Shown here: piece after piece, positions 27,824 to 35,168 of the stretch
How the letters are laid out: each line of letters starts with the position of its first letter
How positions within the stretch are numbered: the stretch's first letter is position 1
Origin: Candidatus Doudnabacteria bacterium RIFCSPHIGHO2_02_FULL_42_25
GTDB taxonomy: Bacteria; Patescibacteriota; Doudnabacteria; UBA920; O2-02-FULL-48-8
Length of the DNA stretch: 50,144 nt
Assembly: GCA_001777665.1 (NCBI GenBank)
Contig: MFEQ01000008.1
Coordinates: 1-50,144 of the forward strand
Reading direction: 5' to 3'
Position numbers and translations under genes: made by a program
The notes under the pieces: model-generated
Seen by the model: only the letters and a program-made list of their open reading frames with translations
What the model was told of the DNA's origin: nothing
Database searches by the model: none

Positions 27824-28118
27824 AATGTGGCTTAAACATCTTTTGTCGTAATCCTAAGGCAAAAATTAAAGCATTCGCCACGGCAATTGTCGTCCGGGTT
27901 CGTGAAAAGTGACTTCCGGTCAAAACTTCAACTTGCTTTAAATCCGTAAACTCAATTTTATTTTTTTTCAAAAACTTTTTTGTTTCAGGAATGATTTTTT
28001 CTGATAAATTGTTAGACTGAAACTGATGCTTCTTCCCTCCTCCCTCCAAAGCAATCACCGTCTTCTCGTAATCTGTTGTATCAATTACTAAAACGATGTT
28101 ACGTGTTACGGGTTTCAT
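27777..28118 (-). CDS. Half-size TsaB/YeaZ-like protein (N-terminal domain only)
   Basis: IVLVIDTTDYEKTVIAL...VEVLTGSHFSRTRTTIAVANALIFAL parallels TsaB (iaiDTs...GPGSFTGLRIG.a.akgla). It is only 113 aa and overlaps the MFS start by 47 nt. Confidence 0.45.
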   Translation of the reverse strand: MKPVTRNIVLVIDTTDYEKTVIALEGGGKKHQFQSNNLSEKIIPETKKFLKKNKIEFTDLKQVEVLTGSHFSRTRTTIAVANALIFALGLRQKMFKPHYDRQPNITLPRRPQK

Positions 28119-28128
28119 GTTACGTGAT

Positions 28129-28698
28129 TTAAAAGGCTTCTGTCCATTTCATGCTCTTTTGTTTATCGTTGATCTTGATCAATTTAATCACCTTCTCAAC
28201 CAAAATCTTTGGATCGGAATCAAATATAATTCGCTTACTACCGCGTTTTGCGGATTTAAGAATTTCTGGAATATCTTCTTCGATTCCACCTGTACCAGTC
28301 AGGACGCCAATTACTCTTTTATCTTCAAACGCCGTTGTAAATTCATTTAATGTGCCGATTCTGCCACAAATGGTAATGATTGCATCCGAAGCCCTGGTCA
28401 TCAGCATGTTGCGCCCCGAGTAATCAAATCCAGTATAAATAATCAAATCCATGTTTTTCGTGGGTAATTTATAGGTGTTCACATGCGCTTGTTTTGACAC
28501 AGCCGGAGACAGTCCAATCGAAATACCACCTGCAGCCTTAGCTCCCCTAGTCGACCATTCCGGAATACCAATCGTCGCACCAGTAACTAAAACTGCCCCG
28601 TGCAAAGCAATTTGGCGACCTACTTCGTAGGCTTTTTTAAAGGCACCCCTCGTGCAATTATCGATAGCGGAACCAGAAACGGCAATTTTGTACTGCAT
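28129..28698 (-). CDS. LOG/TIGR00725-family Rossmann-fold (SLOG-type) protein
   Basis: KIAVSGSA...VGRQIALHGAVLVTGATIGIPEWSTRGAKAAGGISIGLSP...GRNMLMTRASDAIITICGRIGTLNEF fits the family pattern. Confidence 0.55.
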   Translation of the reverse strand: MQYKIAVSGSAIDNCTRGAFKKAYEVGRQIALHGAVLVTGATIGIPEWSTRGAKAAGGISIGLSPAVSKQAHVNTYKLPTKNMDLIIYTGFDYSGRNMLMTRASDAIITICGRIGTLNEFTTAFEDKRVIGVLTGTGGIEEDIPEILKSAKRGSKRIIFDSDPKILVEKVIKLIKINDKQKSMKWTEAF

Positions 28699-28734
28699 GA
28701 AAATTGAAAGCTAATTCTTGTGTTTAATTTTCTT

Positions 28735-28814
28735 CTACAAACTACGAACTTTTACGAAAATACGAAATGTGCTAACTATCTTCGTACTTTCGTACCCTTT
28801 TCGTAATTTCGTAG
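28735..28814. repeat. TACGAA-unit inverted repeat (copy 3)
   Basis: CTACAAACTACGAACTTTTACGAAAATACGAAA faces TTCGTACTTTCGTACCCTTTTCGTAATTTCGTAG across a loop containing GCTAAC. The reverse complement of the right arm nearly equals the left arm of copy 1. Confidence 0.7.
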
Positions 28815-28824
28815 AAAAGCAAGC

Positions 28825-29748
28825 CTATTTGGTTTTGAGAATTCCCCTTAGGGTCCTTCCTTGCTTATACATAGTATACCAAATCGGTGAATACACGAGA
28901 TCGTAAGCACCCGGATAAACAACCTCGACTCCACCGAATCCTTTTTTGAACCGAGTGATACCTTCCCAGCCTTTTTCGCCGATCCCCCCAAAATCGTAAT
29001 TTTTGTAACCCAGTTTTTTCGACAATTTAATCGCTTCCCAGTGGAGCAAATATGGAGCCATCGCTTCTTTCATCTGGATACTGGTGCCGCCGTGAGCATA
29101 AACTGCGTAATCACCGAATAAAGTTAAGATCATTCCCGCTAGCGGCTGACCCTGATATTCAGCAATGAAAATTTTCATGTGCTGCGGGTGCAAAGTGTCC
29201 CACATTTTTAAATAATAATCTTGGGGGTGTAGGCGAAATTGCGCTCTCGAAGCAGTCTCGAGTAATAATTTCCAAACAGTAAGCAGGTCTTCTTGGGTTC
29301 CTTCGCGAACATACACTCCCTTGCGCTGGGCGAGGTTGAGATTATACCGAGTCTTGGGCTTCATGTCGATCAATAATTCTTCTTCGGTTTTTTCTAATCC
29401 TAAAACCCAATTTTGTGGAGGCTGGATGTCCTTCACTGCCCGCGGTAAATCCATGGCATGCTGGGGCTCGAGTCTCGCAAACACCAAATTCGGGTCTTCC
29501 CCGATTTTTTTTAGATCCGGCAATGCTTCACTTGCTGCTCCCAAAGGTCCCCTGGGGCAATACAGATACTTTTTACCAAACGGCAGTGCTGTTTCGATGG
29601 CTAAATTGATAAAATTTTCATCAGAAAAATGGTGAATCTTGTGGCCCAAAGATTCGTTGAACTCCCCCCATGCCCAAGACTGCAAAATCGACCCACCTAG
29701 GTCGACAACTTTTTTATCCCAGTTTTCTTTTGATAGGTTTGAAATCAT
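28825..29748 (-). CDS. FemAB-family peptidoglycan interpeptide-bridge aminoacyltransferase
   Basis: The 307-aa protein has SWAWGEF, KTRYNLNLAQRKG, GDYAVYAHGGTS and YDFGGI, which are typical of FemX/FemAB. Confidence 0.7.
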   Translation of the reverse strand: MISNLSKENWDKKVVDLGGSILQSWAWGEFNESLGHKIHHFSDENFINLAIETALPFGKKYLYCPRGPLGAASEALPDLKKIGEDPNLVFARLEPQHAMDLPRAVKDIQPPQNWVLGLEKTEEELLIDMKPKTRYNLNLAQRKGVYVREGTQEDLLTVWKLLLETASRAQFRLHPQDYYLKMWDTLHPQHMKIFIAEYQGQPLAGMILTLFGDYAVYAHGGTSIQMKEAMAPYLLHWEAIKLSKKLGYKNYDFGGIGEKGWEGITRFKKGFGGVEVVYPGAYDLVYSPIWYTMYKQGRTLRGILKTK

Positions 29749-29822
29749 AGATTATCCCATCGCGAGCGAAGCGTGGCGATTTTTTTTAAGATTGCTTCGT
29801 CGCAAGCTCCTCGCAATGGTTA

Positions 29823-30389
29823 TTATTTGCTCAATGCTTTTAATGCTATCTTGATTTTTTGCTGCAAATCAGCCACATCATTCGGAACAGCTTTCAAGGC
29901 CTGTCTTGCTTCTTGTTGTGAATAACCAAGCACAATCAATGCATCCAGCGCATCCGAGTGTTCTTTGGCCACTGGCTGGGAGCCGACTTCATCTTTTAGT
30001 TTTTCTCGAAGCTCGACTATGACTCGTTCTGCAGTTTTCGTTCCAATGCCCGAAACTTTTTTGAAAACCGCAGCATCGCCCGAAGCAATCGCAGATTTGA
30101 GCATATTTATTTCGGCCAGCGACATAATCGCGAGTGCCGATTTGGGCCCGACACCAGACACTGTAAGTAAAAGTTCAAAAAATTCTAATTCAGTCAGGGT
30201 TTGAAAACCGTACAAAGCGATCTGGTCTTCACGAACATATGTATGAATCAGCAAACTTATTTCCGAATTCAATTTCAAAGGCACATGGATAACCTGAGGT
30301 GTAAAAATTTTATACCCAACACCAGTAGTTTCCACAATTATGTAATTAGTGCTTTTTTGAGTAAGCTGTCCTTTAATTGAACCTATCAT
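29823..30389 (-). CDS. ruvA: Holliday junction branch migration complex subunit RuvA
   Basis: MIGSIKGQL...VGYKIF is followed by HhH motifs (VSGVGPKSALAI, VSGIGTKTAERV). Confidence 0.85.
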   Translation of the reverse strand: MIGSIKGQLTQKSTNYIIVETTGVGYKIFTPQVIHVPLKLNSEISLLIHTYVREDQIALYGFQTLTELEFFELLLTVSGVGPKSALAIMSLAEINMLKSAIASGDAAVFKKVSGIGTKTAERVIVELREKLKDEVGSQPVAKEHSDALDALIVLGYSQQEARQALKAVPNDVADLQQKIKIALKALSK

Positions 30390-30458
30390 GTGCTTATTAT
30401 ACCTGCTTGATATTAAAACGAAAACTGCTTAAACTGTATGGACAAATGAGGAGGAACT

Positions 30459-30680
30459 ATGAGAGGTTTTCGACCGCTATCGGGTTTCCAACCCGATGCC
30501 ATCTGTAGGGCATGCGGAAAGGACAATGCAACGATTGAGTACTACATTGAGACTTCAGTTGCCGTCCCAAGTTGCAACACTTCTTCCTGCCGGATCAGGG
30601 TTCAGGAAATTGCCCATGAATTACTTCCACCCCCTAAGGAGGCCCCCATAGAAAAAAATCGCTGGCTTCCCTGGCGCTAG
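30459..30680 (+). CDS. Small Cys-containing protein (CxxC ... CxxxxC), GC-rich ORFan
   Basis: GAGGAGG lies 5 nt upstream of the ATG. The 73-aa protein contains CRAC...C...SSC. Confidence 0.5.
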   Translation: MRGFRPLSGFQPDAICRACGKDNATIEYYIETSVAVPSCNTSSCRIRVQEIAHELLPPPKEAPIEKNRWLPWR

Positions 30681-30713
30681 CTTCATTGCTGCTGGCGCTT
30701 TTCTTTTTGGATT

Positions 30714-30742
30714 AAAAAAAGAACCGAAAGAGACTTCGGTTC
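30714..30742 (-). terminator. Intrinsic terminator just after the stop of the 30744-31487 gene
   Basis: GAACCGAA (30721-30728) pairs with TTCGGTTC (30735-30742). The A-run at 30714-30720 gives a T-run on the minus strand. Confidence 0.6.
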
Positions 30743-30743
30743 G

Positions 30744-31487
30744 TTATTGACCCCAACTCGAGGACCACCCAATCATTGTGATGTTACTAGGACCTCTTCC
30801 GGGGTCGCCGCCTTGGATACTGACATTCGCAACGTTTAAGTGTCCCTTCATAGGCAATTTAATGAACTTGAAATTGGAAATCAGGAAACTGGCACCCACT
30901 GAAAGCCCTACCCTAATCTCCCTCCCGTCTGTATCGTCCGGAACACTCAGCATGATAAACCCAGGTATAGGGTATAACCCGGTACGTTTCCCGATCTCAA
31001 TTGTAGTCCAGTGTGCACCTATCAACCCCCACACTCTCGGCCCAAGTTCGCCTAAAGTCCAGGGCCCATCGACATGAAACCGTCTCCAGAAGGTTGTGTG
31101 TGGCACGATCTCATTCTGCTTCTGGGTTAACAACTGCTGTTGCCTGGCCAGGTCAATGGTAAAACCGCTTTCCAGTTCCACCAAGATGTTACAAGCCTCT
31201 TCGATCGTACCGTGTACGCCTTCAAACATCTTCCAGTTCTCGCAGCGGTCTGGTAACCACTCGGGCACTCCGGGGAGCTTCTTGCGTTTGCCCATTTTCT
31301 GGCCCCACAAGTTACTCCAAAAAGTGTAGACGATCCGATTGCGGTTGACGAGGTACCATTGCTGGTATTTTTCAACTGCCTCGATCCAGTCCCTCAGTGT
31401 CTTCTCTTCGGACTGCGAAAGCAGCTCCTGACCGAAGGCAGGAACACTGACAAGCGACAGAATCAACACTAAAACCCACTTCGTCAT
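30744..31487 (-). CDS. Secreted ORFan protein (signal peptide, helical N-terminal half, beta-rich C-terminal half)
   Basis: CAAGGAGGC precedes the ATG at 31487 (MTKWVLVLILSLVSVPAFGQ). The ORF-track start at 31517 adds 10 codons upstream of the SD. Confidence 0.55.
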   Translation of the reverse strand: MTKWVLVLILSLVSVPAFGQELLSQSEEKTLRDWIEAVEKYQQWYLVNRNRIVYTFWSNLWGQKMGKRKKLPGVPEWLPDRCENWKMFEGVHGTIEEACNILVELESGFTIDLARQQQLLTQKQNEIVPHTTFWRRFHVDGPWTLGELGPRVWGLIGAHWTTIEIGKRTGLYPIPGFIMLSVPDDTDGREIRVGLSVGASFLISNFKFIKLPMKGHLNVANVSIQGGDPGRGPSNITMIGWSSSWGQ

Positions 31488-31536
31488 GTTGCCTCCTTGG
31501 CCACTATTTATTAGCATAGTAGATTATTTTTGAGAA

Positions 31537-31574
31537 TAAAAAAAGGCCGGCACCTCGAAATGAAGGGTGACGGC
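31537..31574 (-). terminator. Intrinsic terminator after the 31592-32050 gene
   Basis: GCCGGCACC pairs with GGGTGACGGC with one mismatch. The A-run at 31537-31544 gives a T-run on the minus strand. Confidence 0.5.
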
Positions 31575-31591
31575 GAAAATAGGTCGTTCGC

Positions 31592-32050
31592 TTAGAGCGT
31601 CGCGATCACACGTTCAACCGCATTACTCCAGCTGTCGCATGGAATAATACGGAAGGGTTCGACCAGTCCGGGAGAAACTAGTCCGACCTGATACCGATAC
31701 GGCACCGAGCTGTCCGGCAAGCTGGTCAAAAGTTCGGTCTGTGCTGTGACAACATGCGTGTAATCAGTACAGATTTTTGCCAACCCTCTAAAGTCCGGTG
31801 AGGTGGGAAACGGATCGGAACAGATCCGTGTCTTCGTGAACAGCCCCACTCTCGCAAACCACGACCAAGCCACAAACTTGTCTGCCGGATCAGCGAGGTC
31901 GATGATCTTGACCTTCTCGCACCCGAAGGCTCTGACGAGGCGTTCAAACCCCTCAAGCGCATCCGGAGCCTCGATTACTTCATGCTTACCTTGCCACTCA
32001 CTCTTCTTAGCAAGAAGCGCGCTGAAATCAACTATGATCTTGTGCGACAT
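31592..32050 (-). CDS. GC-rich ORFan, weakly HAD/NT5C-like but without the DxD motif
   Basis: GGGAGGGG lies upstream of the ATG at 32050 (MSHKIIVDFSALL...). VDFSAL occupies the position of the HAD motif I DxDxV. Confidence 0.45.
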   Translation of the reverse strand: MSHKIIVDFSALLAKKSEWQGKHEVIEAPDALEGFERLVRAFGCEKVKIIDLADPADKFVAWSWFARVGLFTKTRICSDPFPTSPDFRGLAKICTDYTHVVTAQTELLTSLPDSSVPYRYQVGLVSPGLVEPFRIIPCDSWSNAVERVIATL

Positions 32051-32111
32051 GTCCCCTCCCGCCAACGACGACCATTACCCCTACTTTTACTTTCAGCAAT
32101 TATATCAATTA

Positions 32112-32141
32112 TTGACCGAGTTGTGAAGCCTCTGCTACAAT
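32112..32141 (+). promoter_or_regulatory. Promoter-like TTGACC-N18-(TGc)TACAAT, 10 nt before the uvrB ATG
   Basis: The -35 box is at 32112-32117 and the extended -10 is at 32133-32141. I see no SD. Confidence 0.45.
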
Positions 32142-32151
32142 AAAATTTGGC

Positions 32152-34152
32152 ATGAAATTCAAAATTCACTCACCATTTAAACCTAGTGGCGATCAGCCGA
32201 CGGCTATTGAGAAGCTCGTGGCTGGATTAGAAAAAAAGCACCGATACCAGACTCTTTTGGGAGTCACAGGTAGCGGCAAGACTTTTACTATGGCCAATGT
32301 CATCGAAAAAGTTCAGAAACCCACCCTGATAATTTCCCATAATAAAACTTTGGCCGCGCAGTTAGCCAATGAATTTCAAGAATTTTTTCCAGATAATGCA
32401 GTACACTACTTTGTTTCTTATTATGACTACTACCAACCAGAAGCGTATATTCCCCGCAGCGATACATATATCGAAAAAGAGACCCAAATCAACGAAGAAA
32501 TCGATAAATTGCGCAATGCCGCGACCCAAAGCTTACTTTCACGAAAAGATGTTCTGATTGTGGCTTCAGTCTCCTGTATTTATGGATTGGGTAATCCTGG
32601 AAATTATCTCGAGCTTTCCCTCTCACTGAAAGTTGGAGAAGAAATCAAACGCGATAAATTTTTACGTCGTTTAACCGACCTCCAATTTATTCGCAATGAC
32701 ATCAATCTCACCCGTGGTACTTTCCGGGTGCGAGGTGATGTTATTGAATTTATCCCCGCTTCCGCTGACAAAGTCATCAGTCTAAGTTTCTTCGGTGATG
32801 AATTAGAAAAAATATCAGAGCATGATCCTCTGACTGGTGAAGAGTTTGGTGATCGACAGGAAATTACCATCTTCCCTGCCAAACATTTCGTGACCCCGAA
32901 AGAAAAATTATTTGCTGCCATCAATAATATCCGCCAAGAACTGGCTGATCAAATCAAATATTTTAAATCCCAGGGCAAAGAAATCGAAGCCCAGCGTATC
33001 GAACAGCGCACCAACTTTGATTTGGAAATGCTTTTAGAGACTGGCTTCGTCGCAGGGATAGAAAACTACTCTCGGCAACTTGATTTCCGCAAACCGGGCG
33101 AGCCTCCATCTACACTTATCGATTACTTCCCAGATGATTTCTTGCTGTTCATCGACGAATCGCATATTACCTTACCCCAAATTTACGGCATGTATGAGGG
33201 CGATCAATCCCGCAAACGAACTTTGATTGATTATGGCTTTCGATTGCCTTCCGCGATTGATAATCGACCGCTCAAATTCGAAGAGTTTGAAAAAAAAATC
33301 GACCAAACAATTTTTGTTTCAGCGACCCCGACGAAAGACCGGGAGTTAAAGGTTTCGAAACAAGTTGCCGAACAACTAATTCGTCCCACCGGATTACTCG
33401 ACCCGGAAATTGAGATTCGACCCACGAAAAATCAGATCGATGATTTGATGGAAGAAATCCAAAAACGAGTAAAAAAGAAACAGCGAATTCTCGTGACTAC
33501 TCTGACTAAAAATATGGCTGAAGAGTTGTCCAGTTACTTGGTCGAATATGGCATTCGAGGCCAATACCTCCATGCGGATATCCAAACTTTAGAACGACTA
33601 GAAATTTTACGCGACTTGCGACTCGGGGTTTATGATGTCGTGGTCGGAATTAACCTTCTCCGAGAAGGATTAGATCTACCGGAAGTTTCTCTAGTCGCGA
33701 TATTAGATGCAGACAAAGAAGGATATCTTCGTTCGGAAACCTCGCTCATCCAAACCATGGGCCGCGCTGCGCGTCACCTGGAAGGCCGTGTCATCATGTA
33801 TGCGGATCGGATCACCGGATCCATGGATCGTGCTATGAAGGAAGTTGAACGAAGACGTAAAATTCAAACGACTTACAACAAGGAGCACGGCATCACCCCT
33901 ACGAGTATTCAAAAAGCTATCAGTGAGACCCGTCTGGCAGGCAAAAAAGCTGATGAGGAAAAGGTCAAACAACTTGATGAAATGGACCTAACCAAAATGA
34001 CTAAGCAAGATATTGCTTATGCCATCGAAGAACTCCGCGACCAGATGGACATGGCCTCCAGAAACCTAGATTTCGAAAAAGCCGCTGCCCTCCGCGATCA
34101 AATTCAAACCATCCGCGCCAAAACGAAGATGAAGAAACATAAATTTAAATAG
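32152..34152 (+). CDS. uvrB: Excinuclease ABC subunit B
   Basis: The 666-aa protein has Walker A (GVTGSGKT), the DESH box and the C-terminal UVR domain ([12 protein letters not shown]). Confidence 0.95.
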   Translation: MKFKIHSPFKPSGDQPTAIEKLVAGLEKKHRYQTLLGVTGSGKTFTMANVIEKVQKPTLIISHNKTLAAQLANEFQEFFPDNAVHYFVSYYDYYQPEAYIPRSDTYIEKETQINEEIDKLRNAATQSLLSRKDVLIVASVSCIYGLGNPGNYLELSLSLKVGEEIKRDKFLRRLTDLQFIRNDINLTRGTFRVRGDVIEFIPASADKVISLSFFGDELEKISEHDPLTGEEFGDRQEITIFPAKHFVTPKEKLFAAINNIRQELADQIKYFKSQGKEIEAQRIEQRTNFDLEMLLETGFVAGIENYSRQLDFRKPGEPPSTLIDYFPDDFLLFIDESHITLPQIYGMYEGDQSRKRTLIDYGFRLPSAIDNRPLKFEEFEKKIDQTIFVSATPTKDRELKVSKQVAEQLIRPTGLLDPEIEIRPTKNQIDDLMEEIQKRVKKKQRILVTTLTKNMAEELSSYLVEYGIRGQYLHADIQTLERLEILRDLRLGVYDVVVGINLLREGLDLPEVSLVAILDADKEGYLRSETSLIQTMGRAARHLEGRVIMYADRITGSMDRAMKEVERRRKIQTTYNKEHGITPTSIQKAISETRLAGKKADEEKVKQLDEMDLTKMTKQDIAYAIEELRDQMDMASRNLDFEKAAALRDQIQTIRAKTKMKKHKFK

Positions 34153-34160
34153 AATTACTG

Positions 34161-34196
34161 TCTCCTTTTCTGCTCGGCCGAGCAATGTTGGAAACA
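34161..34196. repeat. Direct repeat copy 1 (core TGCTCGGCCGAGCAATGTTGGAAACA)
   Basis: The 26-nt core at 34171-34196 is identical to 34723-34748. A T-rich extension on the 5' side is also similar. Confidence 0.85.
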
Positions 34197-34204
34197 ACTA
34201 CAAT

Positions 34205-34702
34205 TTACTTGAAATAATATTCTGACTTTGCAGAAAAGATTGAAACATCCTTTTGCAGTTTTAACTCCTCGATTAACTCTTTCAGATCGTCAAAAACTTG
34301 GAAAGGACTTAAGAAGCAACTTTCACGAATTTGAGTATAACCGCTTCGAATCAAATACCGGCGTAGGGTATCCCGAGCATTACGTTTTGTTTCCGGTATG
34401 TCGAAAATTATCAAAGTCGAAAAACCATCTGATCTAGATTTCTTCGTAATTGCCTTTAGGCGTAATGTCTTTGCTCTTTTTGTAATAACAAAAGCCGGAC
34501 CTTCTATAGTTTGAGTCTTTTTAACCAGGCCTAGTTTTTCAAATCTTTTTAATCTCTTGTGGTAAGCTGATCGAGTGATCGACACTCTAGACATTTTACT
34601 ATAGGGTCTAAAAACTGTTCGATCTCTGGTTGGAAAATCTGAAAGCCATTTGAATAATTCCCATAAACTTCGGGCAGCCCCCATTCTTGAACTCATTACC
34701 AT
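34205..34702 (-). CDS. wHTH + Cas2-like domain protein (PaaX-type architecture)
   Basis: The basic N-terminal half (SITRSAYHKRLKRFEKLGLVKK) is followed by LIIFDIPETKRNARDTLRRYLIRSGYTQIRESCFLSP...DVSIFSAK. That segment matches the Cas2/PaaX central-domain pattern hhhYDI..R..h...L...G....Q.SVF. Confidence 0.55.
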   Translation of the reverse strand: MVMSSRMGAARSLWELFKWLSDFPTRDRTVFRPYSKMSRVSITRSAYHKRLKRFEKLGLVKKTQTIEGPAFVITKRAKTLRLKAITKKSRSDGFSTLIIFDIPETKRNARDTLRRYLIRSGYTQIRESCFLSPFQVFDDLKELIEELKLQKDVSIFSAKSEYYFK

Positions 34703-34714
34703 AAATACATTGTA

Positions 34715-34748
34715 TCTCTTTTTGCTCGGCCGAGCAATGTTGGAAACA
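34715..34748. repeat. Direct repeat copy 2, overlapping a promoter-like TTGCTC-N17-TACAAT on the minus strand
   Basis: The core lies at 34723-34748. The minus-strand -35 box is at 34732-34737 and the -10 is at 34709-34714, 6 nt before the ATG at 34702. Confidence 0.8.
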
Positions 34749-34861
34749 TTGACCTAAACGGTCTTTTTTGCTAAACTTTTGGAGCTAAATAGGCTTTGTG
34801 TCGCGAAGTTTATTTAATTCTAATTACTAATTACTAATTACTTCTTACTATTTACTAATTT

Positions 34862-35125
34862 ATGCCTAACATTAAATCAGCTATGAAAGCCATGCGGCAG
34901 AATGTTCGACGCCGAGCGGTAAATTTGAAAGCTCTAGAAGCGATCAAACAAACTGCGAAGCAGGTCCGCAAATTCGCTACTGCCAACAATAAATCTGAAG
35001 CCCAGAAAGCTCTATCCTCTGCATTTGCAGCTCTCGATAAAGCCGCCAAGAAGCATATCGTTCATAAGAATACTGCTTCCAGAAAAAAGTCCCGGCTCGC
35101 AGCAATGGTCGGAAAATTAAAATAA
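34862..35125 (+). CDS. rpsT: 30S ribosomal protein S20
   Basis: MPNIKSAMKAMRQNVRRRAVN... is an 87-aa basic protein. Confidence 0.85.
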   Translation: MPNIKSAMKAMRQNVRRRAVNLKALEAIKQTAKQVRKFATANNKSEAQKALSSAFAALDKAAKKHIVHKNTASRKKSRLAAMVGKLK

Positions 35126-35141
35126 TCCCCTATCACAAACC

Positions 35142-35168
35142 ACCCCGGACTTGATCCGGGGTCTTATT
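35142..35168. terminator. Hairpin ACCCCGGA-CTTGA-TCCGGGGT plus a T-rich tail between the convergent rpsT and polA
   Basis: It has an 8-bp GC-rich stem followed by CTTATTTT. The same hairpin sequence recurs at 43859-43879 and forms the outer arms at 18890-18930. Confidence 0.6.

Noticed and set aside
34161-34748. The two direct repeats as a minimal CRISPR array next to a Cas2-like gene
   Set aside because: There are only two copies, 552 bp apart, with a whole gene between them. No spacer-sized periodicity, leader or further repeats are present.
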